Shown here: positions 53,106 through 62,594 of the stretch, piece after piece | How the letters are laid out: each line of letters opens with the position of its first letter | How positions within the stretch are numbered: the stretch's first letter is position 1 | Source of the DNA: Candidatus Eiseniibacteriota bacterium | GTDB lineage: Bacteria; Eisenbacteria; RBG-16-71-46 | Length of the DNA: 64,000 nucleotides | Assembly: GCA_963776245.1 (NCBI GenBank) | Contig: CAVZLN010000006.1 | Location: 416,001-480,000, forward strand | Direction: 5' to 3' | Program-made: the position numbers and the translations under genes | Notes under the pieces: generated by a model | Seen by the model: only the letters and a program-made list of their open reading frames with translations | Database searches by the model: none | What the model was told of the DNA's origin: nothing

Positions 53106-54275
53106 TCACAGCCGGATGGAGACACCCAGCGCGTAGAGGTCCGACGTCTCGGCGCCGGCGCCGAACGGGTGGATCAGGTCGCGCTGCGCCGCCGCCTTGA
53201 TCCGCACGTCGCGGCTCATGCGGTACCCCACGCCGACTTCGATGCGATCGATGCCGTCATCCCAGGGTCGGGTGACGCCGGCCGAGGTCGTCACGTCGTC
53301 GAAGCGGATGGCGTCGCAGCGCGCCGCCAGCCAGGCGCCGTTCGCCAGTCCCAGGCGCGCCTCGGCGTAGCCGCCGCGCAGCCGGAGTGTGCCGGACGAG
53401 AGCGTCTGCCAGCCCTTGATGAACCCCTCCGCCCGCAGCTCCCAGCGGCCTCGCGACAACTCGAGGTCCGAAAGCGCGAGCGACTCGTGATAGTCGCGCA
53501 GCGATCCTCCCGGGGGGAGCTGGCGGCTGAACCACTCGGGCATCCAGGTGCCCCACGCCACGGAGACGCCCGCGCGCAGGCCAGGGAAGGGCACGACCCC
53601 CAGCCGGCCCAGTGTCGTCTGACCCGGGGTATCGTCGGCTCCGGTGACCGGCCACCCGGGGGAACCCTGGATCACCCCCAGCGAGTACTCGAACGGGCGG
53701 CGCGAGCCGATCGCGGCCACACCCACGTCCCACCAGCGATCGTCCACCACGGGCATGCCCGCGCCGGATTCCCCTCCGTAGTCGACGCCGTACTGTCCGG
53801 TGCCCGCGCTCGCCACCAGTTGGTCCACCGACGAGGTCGGTACGTTCCAGGCGAGCGAGGTGTGGTACTGGTACATGAGGGGCATGCCGATCAGCGGATT
53901 GCGGTCCGAGTAGGCTCGCGGCGCCCACGCCCCGATCGGCCACGGCAGCTTGCCCGCCTGCAGGTGGGCGTCCTGCCCCGGCCACGGCGTCCACTGCGCG
54001 TACGCGCCATCGGCGACCAACGGCGTTCCGCCTTCGTGCAGGATGGTCTGCAGGTAGACATCGAGCGTGGGCGACACCTTCGCGTCGAGGAACAGCCGCA
54101 CCCGATAGCGATCGAAGTTCGAGTCGCCCTGCGTGAGGCGGTTCATCTCGAACGCCTCCATCCCGGAGGACGCCACCAGGTCGAACAGGCCGCGCCCGTG
54201 GACCTCGGCCGCGCGAGTGGCGGCCGGAACCAGGAGCAATCCCAGCAGCGCGAGCATGGCGAGCCGTCGTGTCAT
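53106..54275 (-). CDS. Porin-like outer-membrane beta-barrel
   Basis: Signal peptide (TRA-A), RVRLFLDA, LQAGK, RNPLIG, C-terminal YALGVSIRL; ATGA overlap with the kinase. Confidence 0.75.
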   Translation of the reverse strand: MTRRLAMLALLGLLLVPAATRAAEVHGRGLFDLVASSGMEAFEMNRLTQGDSNFDRYRVRLFLDAKVSPTLDVYLQTILHEGGTPLVADGAYAQWTPWPGQDAHLQAGKLPWPIGAWAPRAYSDRNPLIGMPLMYQYHTSLAWNVPTSSVDQLVASAGTGQYGVDYGGESGAGMPVVDDRWWDVGVAAIGSRRPFEYSLGVIQGSPGWPVTGADDTPGQTTLGRLGVVPFPGLRAGVSVAWGTWMPEWFSRQLPPGGSLRDYHESLALSDLELSRGRWELRAEGFIKGWQTLSSGTLRLRGGYAEARLGLANGAWLAARCDAIRFDDVTTSAGVTRPWDDGIDRIEVGVGYRMSRDVRIKAAAQRDLIHPFGAGAETSDLYALGVSIRL

Positions 54276-56074
54276 GCGGCCTCCTCTGTCACTCCAGGCG
54301 ATAGGGCGCCCGGCAGGATCAGCGTGAACGTGCTGCCGCGACGCTCCTCGCCCGCGATCCGCAGGTCCCCGCCGTGCGCTTCCGCGACGCGGCGGGCGAG
54401 CGCAAGCCCGAAGCCGAGCCCGGGTTGGTTGAACTCGAGCCCGCGACCGGTGTGGTGATGCCCGGCGTCGCGCGGCGCGATGGTCGACTCGGAGAGCCGG
54501 GCGCGCATCGCGGCCGACAGTCCGATGCCGTCATCACGCACCGCGACGAGCAGCGTGCTGCCCTCCGCGAGGGCTTCCACTCGGACCGTGCCGCCGTCGG
54601 GAGTGAATCGCACGCCATTGCGCGCCAGCGCGTCCACCGCCTTCGCGAGCCCGGCGGACCTGACGCGGGCGTGCTCAGCCCCGGCGTACACCTCGACGCT
54701 CAGTCGCACACGGCGGTCGCGCGCCGCAGATCGCACCTCGCGCGCGACCGAGTCGAGCAGGGGGCGCAGTTCGCACCAGTCGGCCTCGGTTCCCTCGCCG
54801 ACGTCCTCGGTCTCGGACATCCGCGTGGCATCCACGGCGATGCGCTCCAGCGTCGCGCACGCGTGCCCGATGGCCTCGAGAGCCTGCTCGAAGTGCGGGT
54901 CCGGTGGCAGCACGCGGCCGGCGCTCAACAGATCGCGCCAGCCCATGATGATCGCGATGGGGGTACGAAGCTCGTGGGACGCGACCGCGATGAACCCGCT
55001 CTTGGCGCGTGCGACCTCCTCCAGGTGTTCCACGTAGACGCGCTGGCGGCGGCGCATCTGATCGAACTGTGCGGCGAGCACACCCAGCTCGTCGCGGCGG
55101 CCCTGGGCGATCGGGGCGTCCCACTGGCCGCGCTCCATGGCCTCGGCGGCGCCGACCAATTGCCGGATCGGATGGGTCAGGCGGGTCGCGATGACCACCG
55201 AGGCAAGGGTGAGCGCGAGCATCGCCACCAGGCCCAGCAACACGAGGCGACCGCGCACGTCGCGGAGGAACACCGTCTCGACATCGAACGAGCGCTGGAG
55301 CACGTAGGTCTGCCCCTCCCCTTCGTCGGCGAAGGGCAGCGGGCGGGCGAGCGCCAGCCAGCGCGCGCCCCCGGCGCTCACCGTGCGCGCGGGGCCGCGC
55401 GGGAAGGACGCGGTCGAGACCGCCACCTGGCGCTCCTCGGGACGGGCCAGAGTGCTGCGCGCGACACGGCCTCCGATCAGGAAGGTGACGTCGCTCTTCG
55501 TGAGCTGGCGCAGGTCGTCCGCAAGGGACCGGCCCACCTCGGTGCCCAGGATGAGCGCCCCGACCACGCGACGATCGGCCACCACCGGTGTCGCCACCAG
55601 CAGGACGTGAGTGCCGCCCACGGTCATGGCGCGACGCGCGGTCCGACCCTCGAGTCCGGCCGAGCCCAGCACGGCACGGGCCCTCGAATCGAGCGCGAGC
55701 GTGCCCACCGAGGCGATGTCCTCCCCGCGGGCGTCCACCACCTCGAACACGTCCGGATGGGCGAGCGCCTCGAAGTCGCTGGCGACGCCCGCCATGGTCG
55801 CCCGGAACTGCGGGTCACCGGCGGCGTGCGGCAGGGTCAGGATGGAGAAGAACTTCGGATCGCGCACGATGACGGCACCCGTCACCTCGAGTTGCGAGGT
55901 GCGTTCGGCCAGCATGCTCTCGAGCAGGTCGGCGGCGCGGCCCAGGTCGTCCTGCAGGGCGGTCACGGTGCGCGTGGAGACGCCGCGGTCCACCAGCAGG
56001 AGCGACGCCCCGGTCAGTGCCGCGAGCGGGAGCGCGGTGAGCAGGAGGATCTTCCAGCGCAGGCCCAGGCGCAT
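54272..56074 (-). CDS. Membrane sensor histidine kinase (TM-periplasmic Cache-like-TM-HAMP-HisKA-HATPase)
   Basis: Two TM helices, HAMP (RRDELGVL), SHELRTP, RNGVRFT, DDGIG, GLGFGL. Confidence 0.9.
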   Translation of the reverse strand: MRLGLRWKILLLTALPLAALTGASLLLVDRGVSTRTVTALQDDLGRAADLLESMLAERTSQLEVTGAVIVRDPKFFSILTLPHAAGDPQFRATMAGVASDFEALAHPDVFEVVDARGEDIASVGTLALDSRARAVLGSAGLEGRTARRAMTVGGTHVLLVATPVVADRRVVGALILGTEVGRSLADDLRQLTKSDVTFLIGGRVARSTLARPEERQVAVSTASFPRGPARTVSAGGARWLALARPLPFADEGEGQTYVLQRSFDVETVFLRDVRGRLVLLGLVAMLALTLASVVIATRLTHPIRQLVGAAEAMERGQWDAPIAQGRRDELGVLAAQFDQMRRRQRVYVEHLEEVARAKSGFIAVASHELRTPIAIIMGWRDLLSAGRVLPPDPHFEQALEAIGHACATLERIAVDATRMSETEDVGEGTEADWCELRPLLDSVAREVRSAARDRRVRLSVEVYAGAEHARVRSAGLAKAVDALARNGVRFTPDGGTVRVEALAEGSTLLVAVRDDGIGLSAAMRARLSESTIAPRDAGHHHTGRGLEFNQPGLGFGLALARRVAEAHGGDLRIAGEERRGSTFTLILPGALSPGVTEEAA

Positions 56075-56076
56075 GA

Positions 56077-56757
56077 TCAGAAGCTCACCTCCACGGCGAG
56101 ATCGTTCCCCGCCGTGAGGTCGAGATCGCGGCTTCCGCCGCGGAAGTCCGGGTGCCACCAGCGCAGGGTGTAGCGCCCCGGCGGGACGTCGGGCAGCTGC
56201 CAACTGCCGTCGGGGCGCGGCCGGGCGAGCGCGCGCGTCGGCGTGACCACGATGAACGCAGCCATGTCGGAGTGGATGTCGCAGTACACATTCACCAGGC
56301 CCGGCTTCGGGAACCGGACGCTTCGTGACTCGCCCTTCGGGTACTTGCCCAGGTCGAACCGGCGCACCGGGGAGACGCTGAACACGTTGTGGTAGATCGG
56401 ATCGAGGTTGGGGAAGTCGACCCGGCCGCCGAGCGGGATCGCGATCACCCGCGGGACGAAGGCCTGGTCCTTCTGCGCCAGCTTCGGATTGACCGCGGGC
56501 ATGGGCAACGCCGAATCCACCCGCGCCGGCACGGCCTCGAGGTAGAGCACCGCGTCGGTGACCACCCCTCGAGGCGCGCACGCGTGGCCGGCCAGCGCGG
56601 AGGCGCGACCCGCGTACGGCTGGAACGCCGGATCGTCGGGCCCCAGCGTCGGGACGTGCACGCTGCCGTGCACGACGGCAGCACCCGCGAGCGCCGGGAG
56701 CATGACGAGCACGGCAAGCACGGCGAGCATCGACAGATGAGCGAAGCGTCTGTGCAC
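56077..56757 (-). CDS. Exported cupredoxin-domain protein with a flanking beta-sandwich (start 56757 or 56730)
   Basis: Signal peptide; F.PRV, N.DPIYHNVFS, FDLG.Y, YCDIHSDM = type-1 copper ligands His/Cys/His/Met; VPPGRYTLRWWHP. Confidence 0.82.
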   Translation of the reverse strand: MHRRFAHLSMLAVLAVLVMLPALAGAAVVHGSVHVPTLGPDDPAFQPYAGRASALAGHACAPRGVVTDAVLYLEAVPARVDSALPMPAVNPKLAQKDQAFVPRVIAIPLGGRVDFPNLDPIYHNVFSVSPVRRFDLGKYPKGESRSVRFPKPGLVNVYCDIHSDMAAFIVVTPTRALARPRPDGSWQLPDVPPGRYTLRWWHPDFRGGSRDLDLTAGNDLAVEVSF

Positions 56758-56937
56758 TCGAAGGATGGGAATCCCTGCCGGCCTGGGATCGAAGATGGGC
56801 GATCTCCGATGTCTTCGGCCCCGCGATGCCGGGGCTGAACCCGGAATGCCGGGGCCTGGACCCAATCGCACGATCGCCCCCGGAGGTCGTGACCCACGGG
56901 GGCGACATGTACTGGCTTGGCCGGAAGTCTATTGTAA

Positions 56938-57014
56938 TGGCGGGGTTGACGGGACTCGAACCCGCGACCTCCTGCGTGACAGGCAGGCGTTCTAACCAGC
57001 TGAACTACAACCCC
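56938..57014 (-). tRNA. tRNA-Asp (GTC)
   Basis: GGGGTTGTAGTTCAGCTGGTTAGAACGCCTGCCTGTCACGCAGG...CCCCGCCA. Confidence 0.97.
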
Positions 57015-57065
57015 GCACGGCGCGTCCGGGCCCGGGAGGCCGTGCCCGGGCGCCGAAGCCGGGGC

Positions 57066-57094
57066 AGAATAGCGATGCACTCCACCCCTGTCAA
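57066..57094 (-). promoter_or_regulatory. sigma70 promoter of tRNA-Asp
   Basis: TTGACA-17 nt-TATTCT, GC-rich discriminator. Confidence 0.75.
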
Positions 57095-57109
57095 TCTCGC
57101 GGGGCCTCC

Positions 57110-58447
57110 CTAGTAGACGGCCTCGAGGTCGACGCCCGGGTAGTAGTGCTCGAGGATGGCGCGCGCGTCGCGCCCCGAGCGCGCCATCCCCAGCGCCCCG
57201 GTCTGGCAGAGCCCGACACCGTGGCCGAACCCCGCGCCGCTCGCCACCACCGCGAGCGCGCGACGCGTGGCGGCGTCGCGCCGCACGTCCACCTTGAAGA
57301 GATTGGAGCGCAGCGTGGCGCCCGAGGTGCCGGGCCGCCGCAGCGCCTGGCGGAGCGCGTAAGCGGGCAGGACCACGTCACCGGTGGTGGTCGAGACCAT
57401 CAGGCGCCACACCCGCCCCGAGCGCGAGCGCGCGTCCACATGCACATCCAGCAGATCGCCCAGCCCGCCCGGCGGCAGGGCGATGCCCAGCCCGGGCGCC
57501 GCGCGCGCGAGCGTGCGCACGAATTCGCCGGCCTCCCACTGCTCGCGCCAGCGGTAGTGGGGCGATGCGGCGCAGTAGTCCGAGCCCGCGCGGTCGGCGT
57601 GGCTCACCAGATAGGGTAGCGCTTCCGCGGGCCACGCCTCCCAGACCTCCGCGGTCACGCCACCGCAGGTGGAGCAGTAGTTGGCGCGGATGGGCCGTCC
57701 CCCGGAAAGCGCCACCAGCGCGCGCGTGCTCTCGACACAGCGCGTGGCGAGCGGGCGCTCGCTGTCGACCGCGCCGTACACCTGGTCCTCGACCGTGCCG
57801 AACAGGTCGAATCCTTCGGCCGCGCGGCGCCCGCGATAGAAGAGCGTGTACGAACGCGCCGCGACCGCCTGGGCGCGCCCGGCCTCCAGCAGCGCCTCGC
57901 TGAGGCCGCCGATCTCCCCTGGGACGACCCCCAGCAGGTAGGTCTCGAGCGGCAGGCGCGCCACCAGCGTGAGCGCGCCACGCGAGTTCACGAACAGCTT
58001 CGCCTGCCCACGCCACCATCGGCCGCCCCAGCCGAAGCGCGGATCCTCCGCAGCGCCGGACACCCACAGCGTGTCGCCGCGCGCGATGTCGAAGCTGCCC
58101 TGGGCGCCCCACGTGGCGGTCGCCCCGGCGGTGCCGCGGCGGACGGCGAGGGGCGCGCGGAAGACGATCTCCGGATCGGCGCGCCCGGGCCTCTCACGCC
58201 GCAATCCGAATCCGGCGCGAGCCTCGGGCATGAGCGTGAGCGAGTCGACGTCCCACGCCAGGCCGACCTCGATCGCGGGCTCGCCATCCAGCCGCAGCGG
58301 ACCGCGCGCCTCGCGCGGGGCCGTGGCGGACGGATGTGCCGTCGGCCGCGCGGGGAGCACCCCCGTCGGCCGCGGCACCGGGACCGTGGCGCACGATGAC
58401 GCGGCGCACGCGAGTCCCGCGGCCAGCACCACGCACGCCGCCCTCAC
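57110..58447 (-). CDS. SpoIID/LytB-family lytic transglycosylase, probable lipoprotein
   Basis: LETYLLGVVPGE, AQAVAARSY, DQVY, STCGG, GFGHGVGLCQ.GA, ILEHYYPG; N-terminal hydrophobic stretch ending in Cys. Confidence 0.9.
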   Translation of the reverse strand: MRAACVVLAAGLACAASSCATVPVPRPTGVLPARPTAHPSATAPREARGPLRLDGEPAIEVGLAWDVDSLTLMPEARAGFGLRRERPGRADPEIVFRAPLAVRRGTAGATATWGAQGSFDIARGDTLWVSGAAEDPRFGWGGRWWRGQAKLFVNSRGALTLVARLPLETYLLGVVPGEIGGLSEALLEAGRAQAVAARSYTLFYRGRRAAEGFDLFGTVEDQVYGAVDSERPLATRCVESTRALVALSGGRPIRANYCSTCGGVTAEVWEAWPAEALPYLVSHADRAGSDYCAASPHYRWREQWEAGEFVRTLARAAPGLGIALPPGGLGDLLDVHVDARSRSGRVWRLMVSTTTGDVVLPAYALRQALRRPGTSGATLRSNLFKVDVRRDAATRRALAVVASGAGFGHGVGLCQTGALGMARSGRDARAILEHYYPGVDLEAVY

Positions 58448-59664
58448 GCGCCACCTCCCGGGGTGATGTGCCCGAGCACCACCGGGTGGCGCGCGCCGGT
58501 CGCTCCGGAGACGCTTCCCGGCTGACCGCAGAGCGTCTGGTGCGCCAGGAACGCGAACGCCAGCGCCTCCTTGGTGGCGGGATCGTCACCGAGGGCCTGC
58601 AGCCCGACCAGTCGCGCAGGCGCGAGCCGGCGCTCGAGCGCACTCATGAGCACCGGGTTGCGCACTCCGCCGCCGCTCGCGACCACCACGTCCACGCCTC
58701 CGCGCGGCACGAGGAACCGCGTGACCGCGAGCGCCACCGAGGCCGCGGTGAGCTCGACCGCAGTGGCCATCAGGTCGGGCTCGGCCAGCCCCGCGGCCAT
58801 GCCCAGCTCGCGCAGTTGCTCGGCGAAGCGGCGCCCGTAGCGTTCGCGACCAGTGGAGCGGGGCGGCGCCGCGGCGAAGAATGGATCGGCCAGCAACTCC
58901 CCGAGCAGCGTCGCGTCGGGTCTCCCGCGTGCCGCCAGCGCGCCGCCCTCGTCGCGACGCATCCGCCCGCCGCTGTGGAGCGCGGCGAGCGCGTCGAGCA
59001 CGGCGTTGCCCGGCCCGGTGTCGAACGCCAGCAGGTCCTCGACCGCGCCGCCCTTCGGCAGATGCGTGACGTTGGCCATGCCCCCGAGGTTCAGGAGCGC
59101 GCGCGACTCGCGATCGCTGCGATAGCGCCACCAGTCGTACAGCGGCACCAGTGGGGCGCCCTCGCCGCCCGCCGCCGTGTCGCGGGCGCGGAAGTCCGAC
59201 ACCACCGCGATCCCGGTGCGCTCCGCGAGCAGCGCCGCCGAGCCGAGCTGGAGGGTGAGCGCGGGCCCGCCGCCCGCCGGACGGGGCAGGTGGCGCACGG
59301 TCTGTCCGTGCGAGCCGATGGCATCGACCGAGCGCGGCTCCACGCCGGCCTCGCCGAGCAGCTGGAGCGCCGCCTCCGCGAAGCGCTCCCCGAGGGCGGC
59401 GTCGAGGCGCATGAGCCGCTCCGGTTCCAGCGTGCTCGCGCTCGCCACCGCCAGGATCTCGTGGCGCAGGTCGCTCTCGAGCGCACCGGAGCGGAACGCC
59501 ACGACCTCCTGCGCGCTGCCGAGCCCGAGGCCGCGGAAGCGCACCAGCACGGCGTCCACAGCATCGGCCGAGGTGCCGGTCATGAGCCCCACCACCAGGT
59601 GCTCATCGCGCGCGCGGTAGTCGCGCACCCGCGCCAGCGCGTCCGCACCACCGCGGGCGTTCAC
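58444..59664 (-). CDS. anmK: Anhydro-N-acetylmuramic acid kinase
   Basis: GLMTGTSADAVD, GSHGQTV, DFR...GGEGAPL, NLGGMAN, FDTGPGN, STGRE, KEALAFA. Confidence 0.95.
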   Translation of the reverse strand: MNARGGADALARVRDYRARDEHLVVGLMTGTSADAVDAVLVRFRGLGLGSAQEVVAFRSGALESDLRHEILAVASASTLEPERLMRLDAALGERFAEAALQLLGEAGVEPRSVDAIGSHGQTVRHLPRPAGGGPALTLQLGSAALLAERTGIAVVSDFRARDTAAGGEGAPLVPLYDWWRYRSDRESRALLNLGGMANVTHLPKGGAVEDLLAFDTGPGNAVLDALAALHSGGRMRRDEGGALAARGRPDATLLGELLADPFFAAAPPRSTGRERYGRRFAEQLRELGMAAGLAEPDLMATAVELTAASVALAVTRFLVPRGGVDVVVASGGGVRNPVLMSALERRLAPARLVGLQALGDDPATKEALAFAFLAHQTLCGQPGSVSGATGARHPVVLGHITPGGGA

Positions 59665-59741
59665 GACCCGGCCCCCGCGCGGCGCCGGGCGATGTCGCGG
59701 GGGATCGGGAGCGTCGCCGGAGCGCGAGTCCGCATCCGCGG

Positions 59742-60983
59742 CTACTTCCCCGCCAGCTCGGCGATACGGGCGTTCGCGTCCGACACCGCCTGCGCCGCGG
59801 TCTTCTTGTCGTAGAGCGCCTGCTCGATCTCGTCCTCGATCGCGGCCTCCATCGCGTCCCATTCCGGGTGACGGGGCGTGAAGCGCGCGGTCTCGAGCTG
59901 GAGCGCCATCACCTGCTGCTCGGGATGCTCCCGATAGAAGCGGAGGGTGTCCGCGCCCCGGGCAGCCGGCTGAACGCTCAGGAGCGCCCGCGCCAGCGCC
60001 AGCGCGTTGTCGGGCCGGGCCAGGAAGCGCGCCAGTCTCAGCGCCTCGGCCTTGCGCCGGGAGGCGTTGAACGACACCAGCACTTCGCCCTCCGCGAACG
60101 AGGCGTGAGCGCCGCGCCCCGGCGACGGACACGGGATGAGCGCCACCCCGTAGCGCAGCCCCGGGGCCTCCCGCGCGATCTGCTGGAAGAGCCATGCCCC
60201 CGAGACGTGCAGCCCGAGTCGCCCCTGCTCGAATTCACGGTCGAGCGCACCCGGCATGCCGATCAGCCCGGCCGCTCGCAGGCTCAGATAGAACTCGAGC
60301 GCCACCCGGTTCGCGGGCGAGTCGAAGCGCGCCGAGTCGCGTCCATCCGAGAGGATCTCGCCCCCGTTGCCCCACGCGTACGGCATAAACTCCGTGAACA
60401 GCTTCCCGCGGTCGTTGGCGCTCACCCCATACCCGTGCACGCCCCGCCCGAGGCGCTGGATCGCGACCGCGGCGCGGCGCAGTTCCTCCCAGGTCCCGGG
60501 CGCTCGCTCGGGATCGAGGTGCGCGCGCGCGAACAGCGCCTTGTTGTAGAACAGCGCGCGCGTGCCGAGCACCCACGGCATCCCGTAGATCGCGTCGCCA
60601 ACCGTGCACAGTTCCCAGCCGCGCAGCGAGTCGCGCTGGTCGGCCACCCCCGCGCTCCAATCGCTGAGCGCGCCCGACTCGAGGAACGGCGGGATGAGGG
60701 TGGAGCCCATCTGGCACAGGTCCGGGACCCGTCCCGTGGCCATCGCCGCCGTGATCGAGTCGCGACCGCTGTCCCAGGCGAGCCGTTCCATGCGCACGCG
60801 AAGGCCGGGGTTCTCCGCCTCGAAGCGGCGCAGCAACGGGTCGATCGCCTCCACGGGCCAGAACTGCCAGAACACGATCGGATCCGGTTCCCGGGGCTTC
60901 GGCGCGCACGCGACCATCAGGGCGATCGCCGTGACGGGTGCGGCGAGCGCGACCATGCGGAACCCCGGGGCGCGTCGGATCAT
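59742..60983 (-). CDS. Carbohydrate-type extracellular solute-binding lipoprotein (ABC SBP family 1)
   Basis: Lipobox-like MVAC, FEAENPG, YGMPW....LFYNKALF, P.TWEEL, GAW. Confidence 0.85.
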   Translation of the reverse strand: MIRRAPGFRMVALAAPVTAIALMVACAPKPREPDPIVFWQFWPVEAIDPLLRRFEAENPGLRVRMERLAWDSGRDSITAAMATGRVPDLCQMGSTLIPPFLESGALSDWSAGVADQRDSLRGWELCTVGDAIYGMPWVLGTRALFYNKALFARAHLDPERAPGTWEELRRAAVAIQRLGRGVHGYGVSANDRGKLFTEFMPYAWGNGGEILSDGRDSARFDSPANRVALEFYLSLRAAGLIGMPGALDREFEQGRLGLHVSGAWLFQQIAREAPGLRYGVALIPCPSPGRGAHASFAEGEVLVSFNASRRKAEALRLARFLARPDNALALARALLSVQPAARGADTLRFYREHPEQQVMALQLETARFTPRHPEWDAMEAAIEDEIEQALYDKKTAAQAVSDANARIAELAGK

Positions 60984-61900
60984 CGGGGCCCGGACAGGGC
61001 GGCCCGCACGAATCCGTCCGCGCGCGCGAGCCGGGCCTCGGCCTCCGCGCGCGTGCACCCCTGCAGCGTCATGACGATGGCGGTCTTCACGCTGCCGCCC
61101 GCGGCCTCGAGGGCGAGCGCCGCTACCTCGCGGTCCGCCCCCGTCACGGTCATCACCGTGCGGCGGCTGCGCTCCACCAGCTTCAGGCTGTTCGCCATCA
61201 GGTCCACCATCATGTTCTCGTACACTTTGCCGATGCGCACGAACGCGGCCGTGCTGATCATGTTGAGCACCAGCTTCTGCGCGGTGCCCGCCTTCATGCG
61301 CGTGGAGCCCATGAGGACCTCGGGCCCCACCTCCGGGCAGATCGCCACGTCGACCGGCAGCACGAACTCGCTGCGCGGGGTGCACGTGATGTAGGCGGTG
61401 CGAGCGCCGCGCGCGCGGGCGCGGGCGACCGCCGCCACCACGTACGGCGTGCGACGGCTCGCGGCCAGGCCGATCACGGTGTCCCGCGGCCCCACTTCGC
61501 GCTCGTCCATGGCATGCTCGCCGTCCTCGGGCCGGTCCTCGGCACCCTCGACCGCGCGCACCAGCGCGGCGTGCCCGCCGGCCATCACGCCCTGCACCAT
61601 CGCGGGATCGGAGCCGAACGTGGGCGGGCACTCCGACGCGTCGAGCACGCCGAGCCGCCCGCTGGTGCCGGCGCCCACGTAGATCAGGCGCCCGCCGGCG
61701 CGGAACGAGGCCACCACGAGTTCCACGGTCTGGGCGATGGAGGGGATCTCGCGCGCCACCGCGTCCGCGACGAGGGCGTCCTCGGCCGCGATCCGTGCGA
61801 GGATCCCGGGCACGTCGAGCGCGTCGAGGTCGTGGGTGCGTGGGTTGCGCTGCTCGGTCGCGAGTCGCGCGAATTCATCGAAGCGCGAGCGGTCGTCCAT
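60980..61900 (-). CDS. murQ: N-acetylmuramic acid 6-phosphate etherase
   Basis: TEQRNP, YVGAGTSGRLGVLDASECPPTF, EGAED, GSTRMKAGTAQKLVLNM, ENMMVD. Confidence 0.97.
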   Translation of the reverse strand: MDDRSRFDEFARLATEQRNPRTHDLDALDVPGILARIAAEDALVADAVAREIPSIAQTVELVVASFRAGGRLIYVGAGTSGRLGVLDASECPPTFGSDPAMVQGVMAGGHAALVRAVEGAEDRPEDGEHAMDEREVGPRDTVIGLAASRRTPYVVAAVARARARGARTAYITCTPRSEFVLPVDVAICPEVGPEVLMGSTRMKAGTAQKLVLNMISTAAFVRIGKVYENMMVDLMANSLKLVERSRRTVMTVTGADREVAALALEAAGGSVKTAIVMTLQGCTRAEAEARLARADGFVRAALSGPR

Positions 61901-62057
61901 GGGCCTCCCGGGTGCTGCCCTCCGTGGGAGGCCAGCATGCCACGCGGCCTCGCGCACGCGCAATGCCGTTGGCCTCGAAGCGACCCTTGCGGGGCGCGCG
62001 GCACGGCGCTAGCGTGGCCCGCGTCGAGTGCCGCTTCCCACGACGGAGGACTCCGCC

Positions 62058-62594
62058 ATGCTTCGGTCCCTGCGCTTTCCCGCGACGCTCGTCCTGCTGG
62101 CACTCGCCCTGGTCGCGGCCTCCGAGCCGGCCGGCGCCGCCACGCGCAAGCGACGGGCGACAGCCCATGCCGCCCCCGCGGCTCCCCGCATCCCCACGTG
62201 GGTGGCGCCCTTCAAGACCATCACCTCGGCCGATGGGCGCTTCACGGCGTGCAACTACAACATGCGCCAGGAGGGCTGGGGCGCCCTGATGCTGTTCCAG
62301 GAGGGGCACCTGATCCGGGTCTGGCAGGGTCTGCGCGCGGTCTCGTGGGAGCCGGGCAGCACCCGCCTGCTGGCGACCGAGGCGAGGCCCGACGACGACC
62401 TGAAGTGGTTCATGATCGACCCGTCCCGCGGCGGCGACGACGCGGACCTGCGCGATCTTCCGCGCACCCCGGTGCTGGCGGGCCGCCGCGCGACCTTCCG
62501 CGGCTGGCTGCCCGACGGGCGATTGACGTTCGGCGAGGGCATCGACGCCACCGCGCGAGACACCGTGGACGCGCCCTCCGCCACGCCACACTGA
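62058..62594 (+). CDS. Hypothetical exported protein
   Basis: GGAGGA RBS, signal peptide, beta-rich body; TGATG overlap with mutM. Confidence 0.65.
   Translation: MLRSLRFPATLVLLALALVAASEPAGAATRKRRATAHAAPAAPRIPTWVAPFKTITSADGRFTACNYNMRQEGWGALMLFQEGHLIRVWQGLRAVSWEPGSTRLLATEARPDDDLKWFMIDPSRGGDDADLRDLPRTPVLAGRRATFRGWLPDGRLTFGEGIDATARDTVDAPSATPH

Noticed and set aside
52830..56937. Genomic island integrated at tRNA-Asp
   Set aside because: No integrase, no duplicated tRNA 3' end found by eye on the far side, and no clear compositional shift.
57110..58447. Sporulation inferred from SpoIID and SpoIIE-type domains
   Set aside because: Both domain families are common in non-sporulating diderms; the context indicates wall recycling and general signalling.
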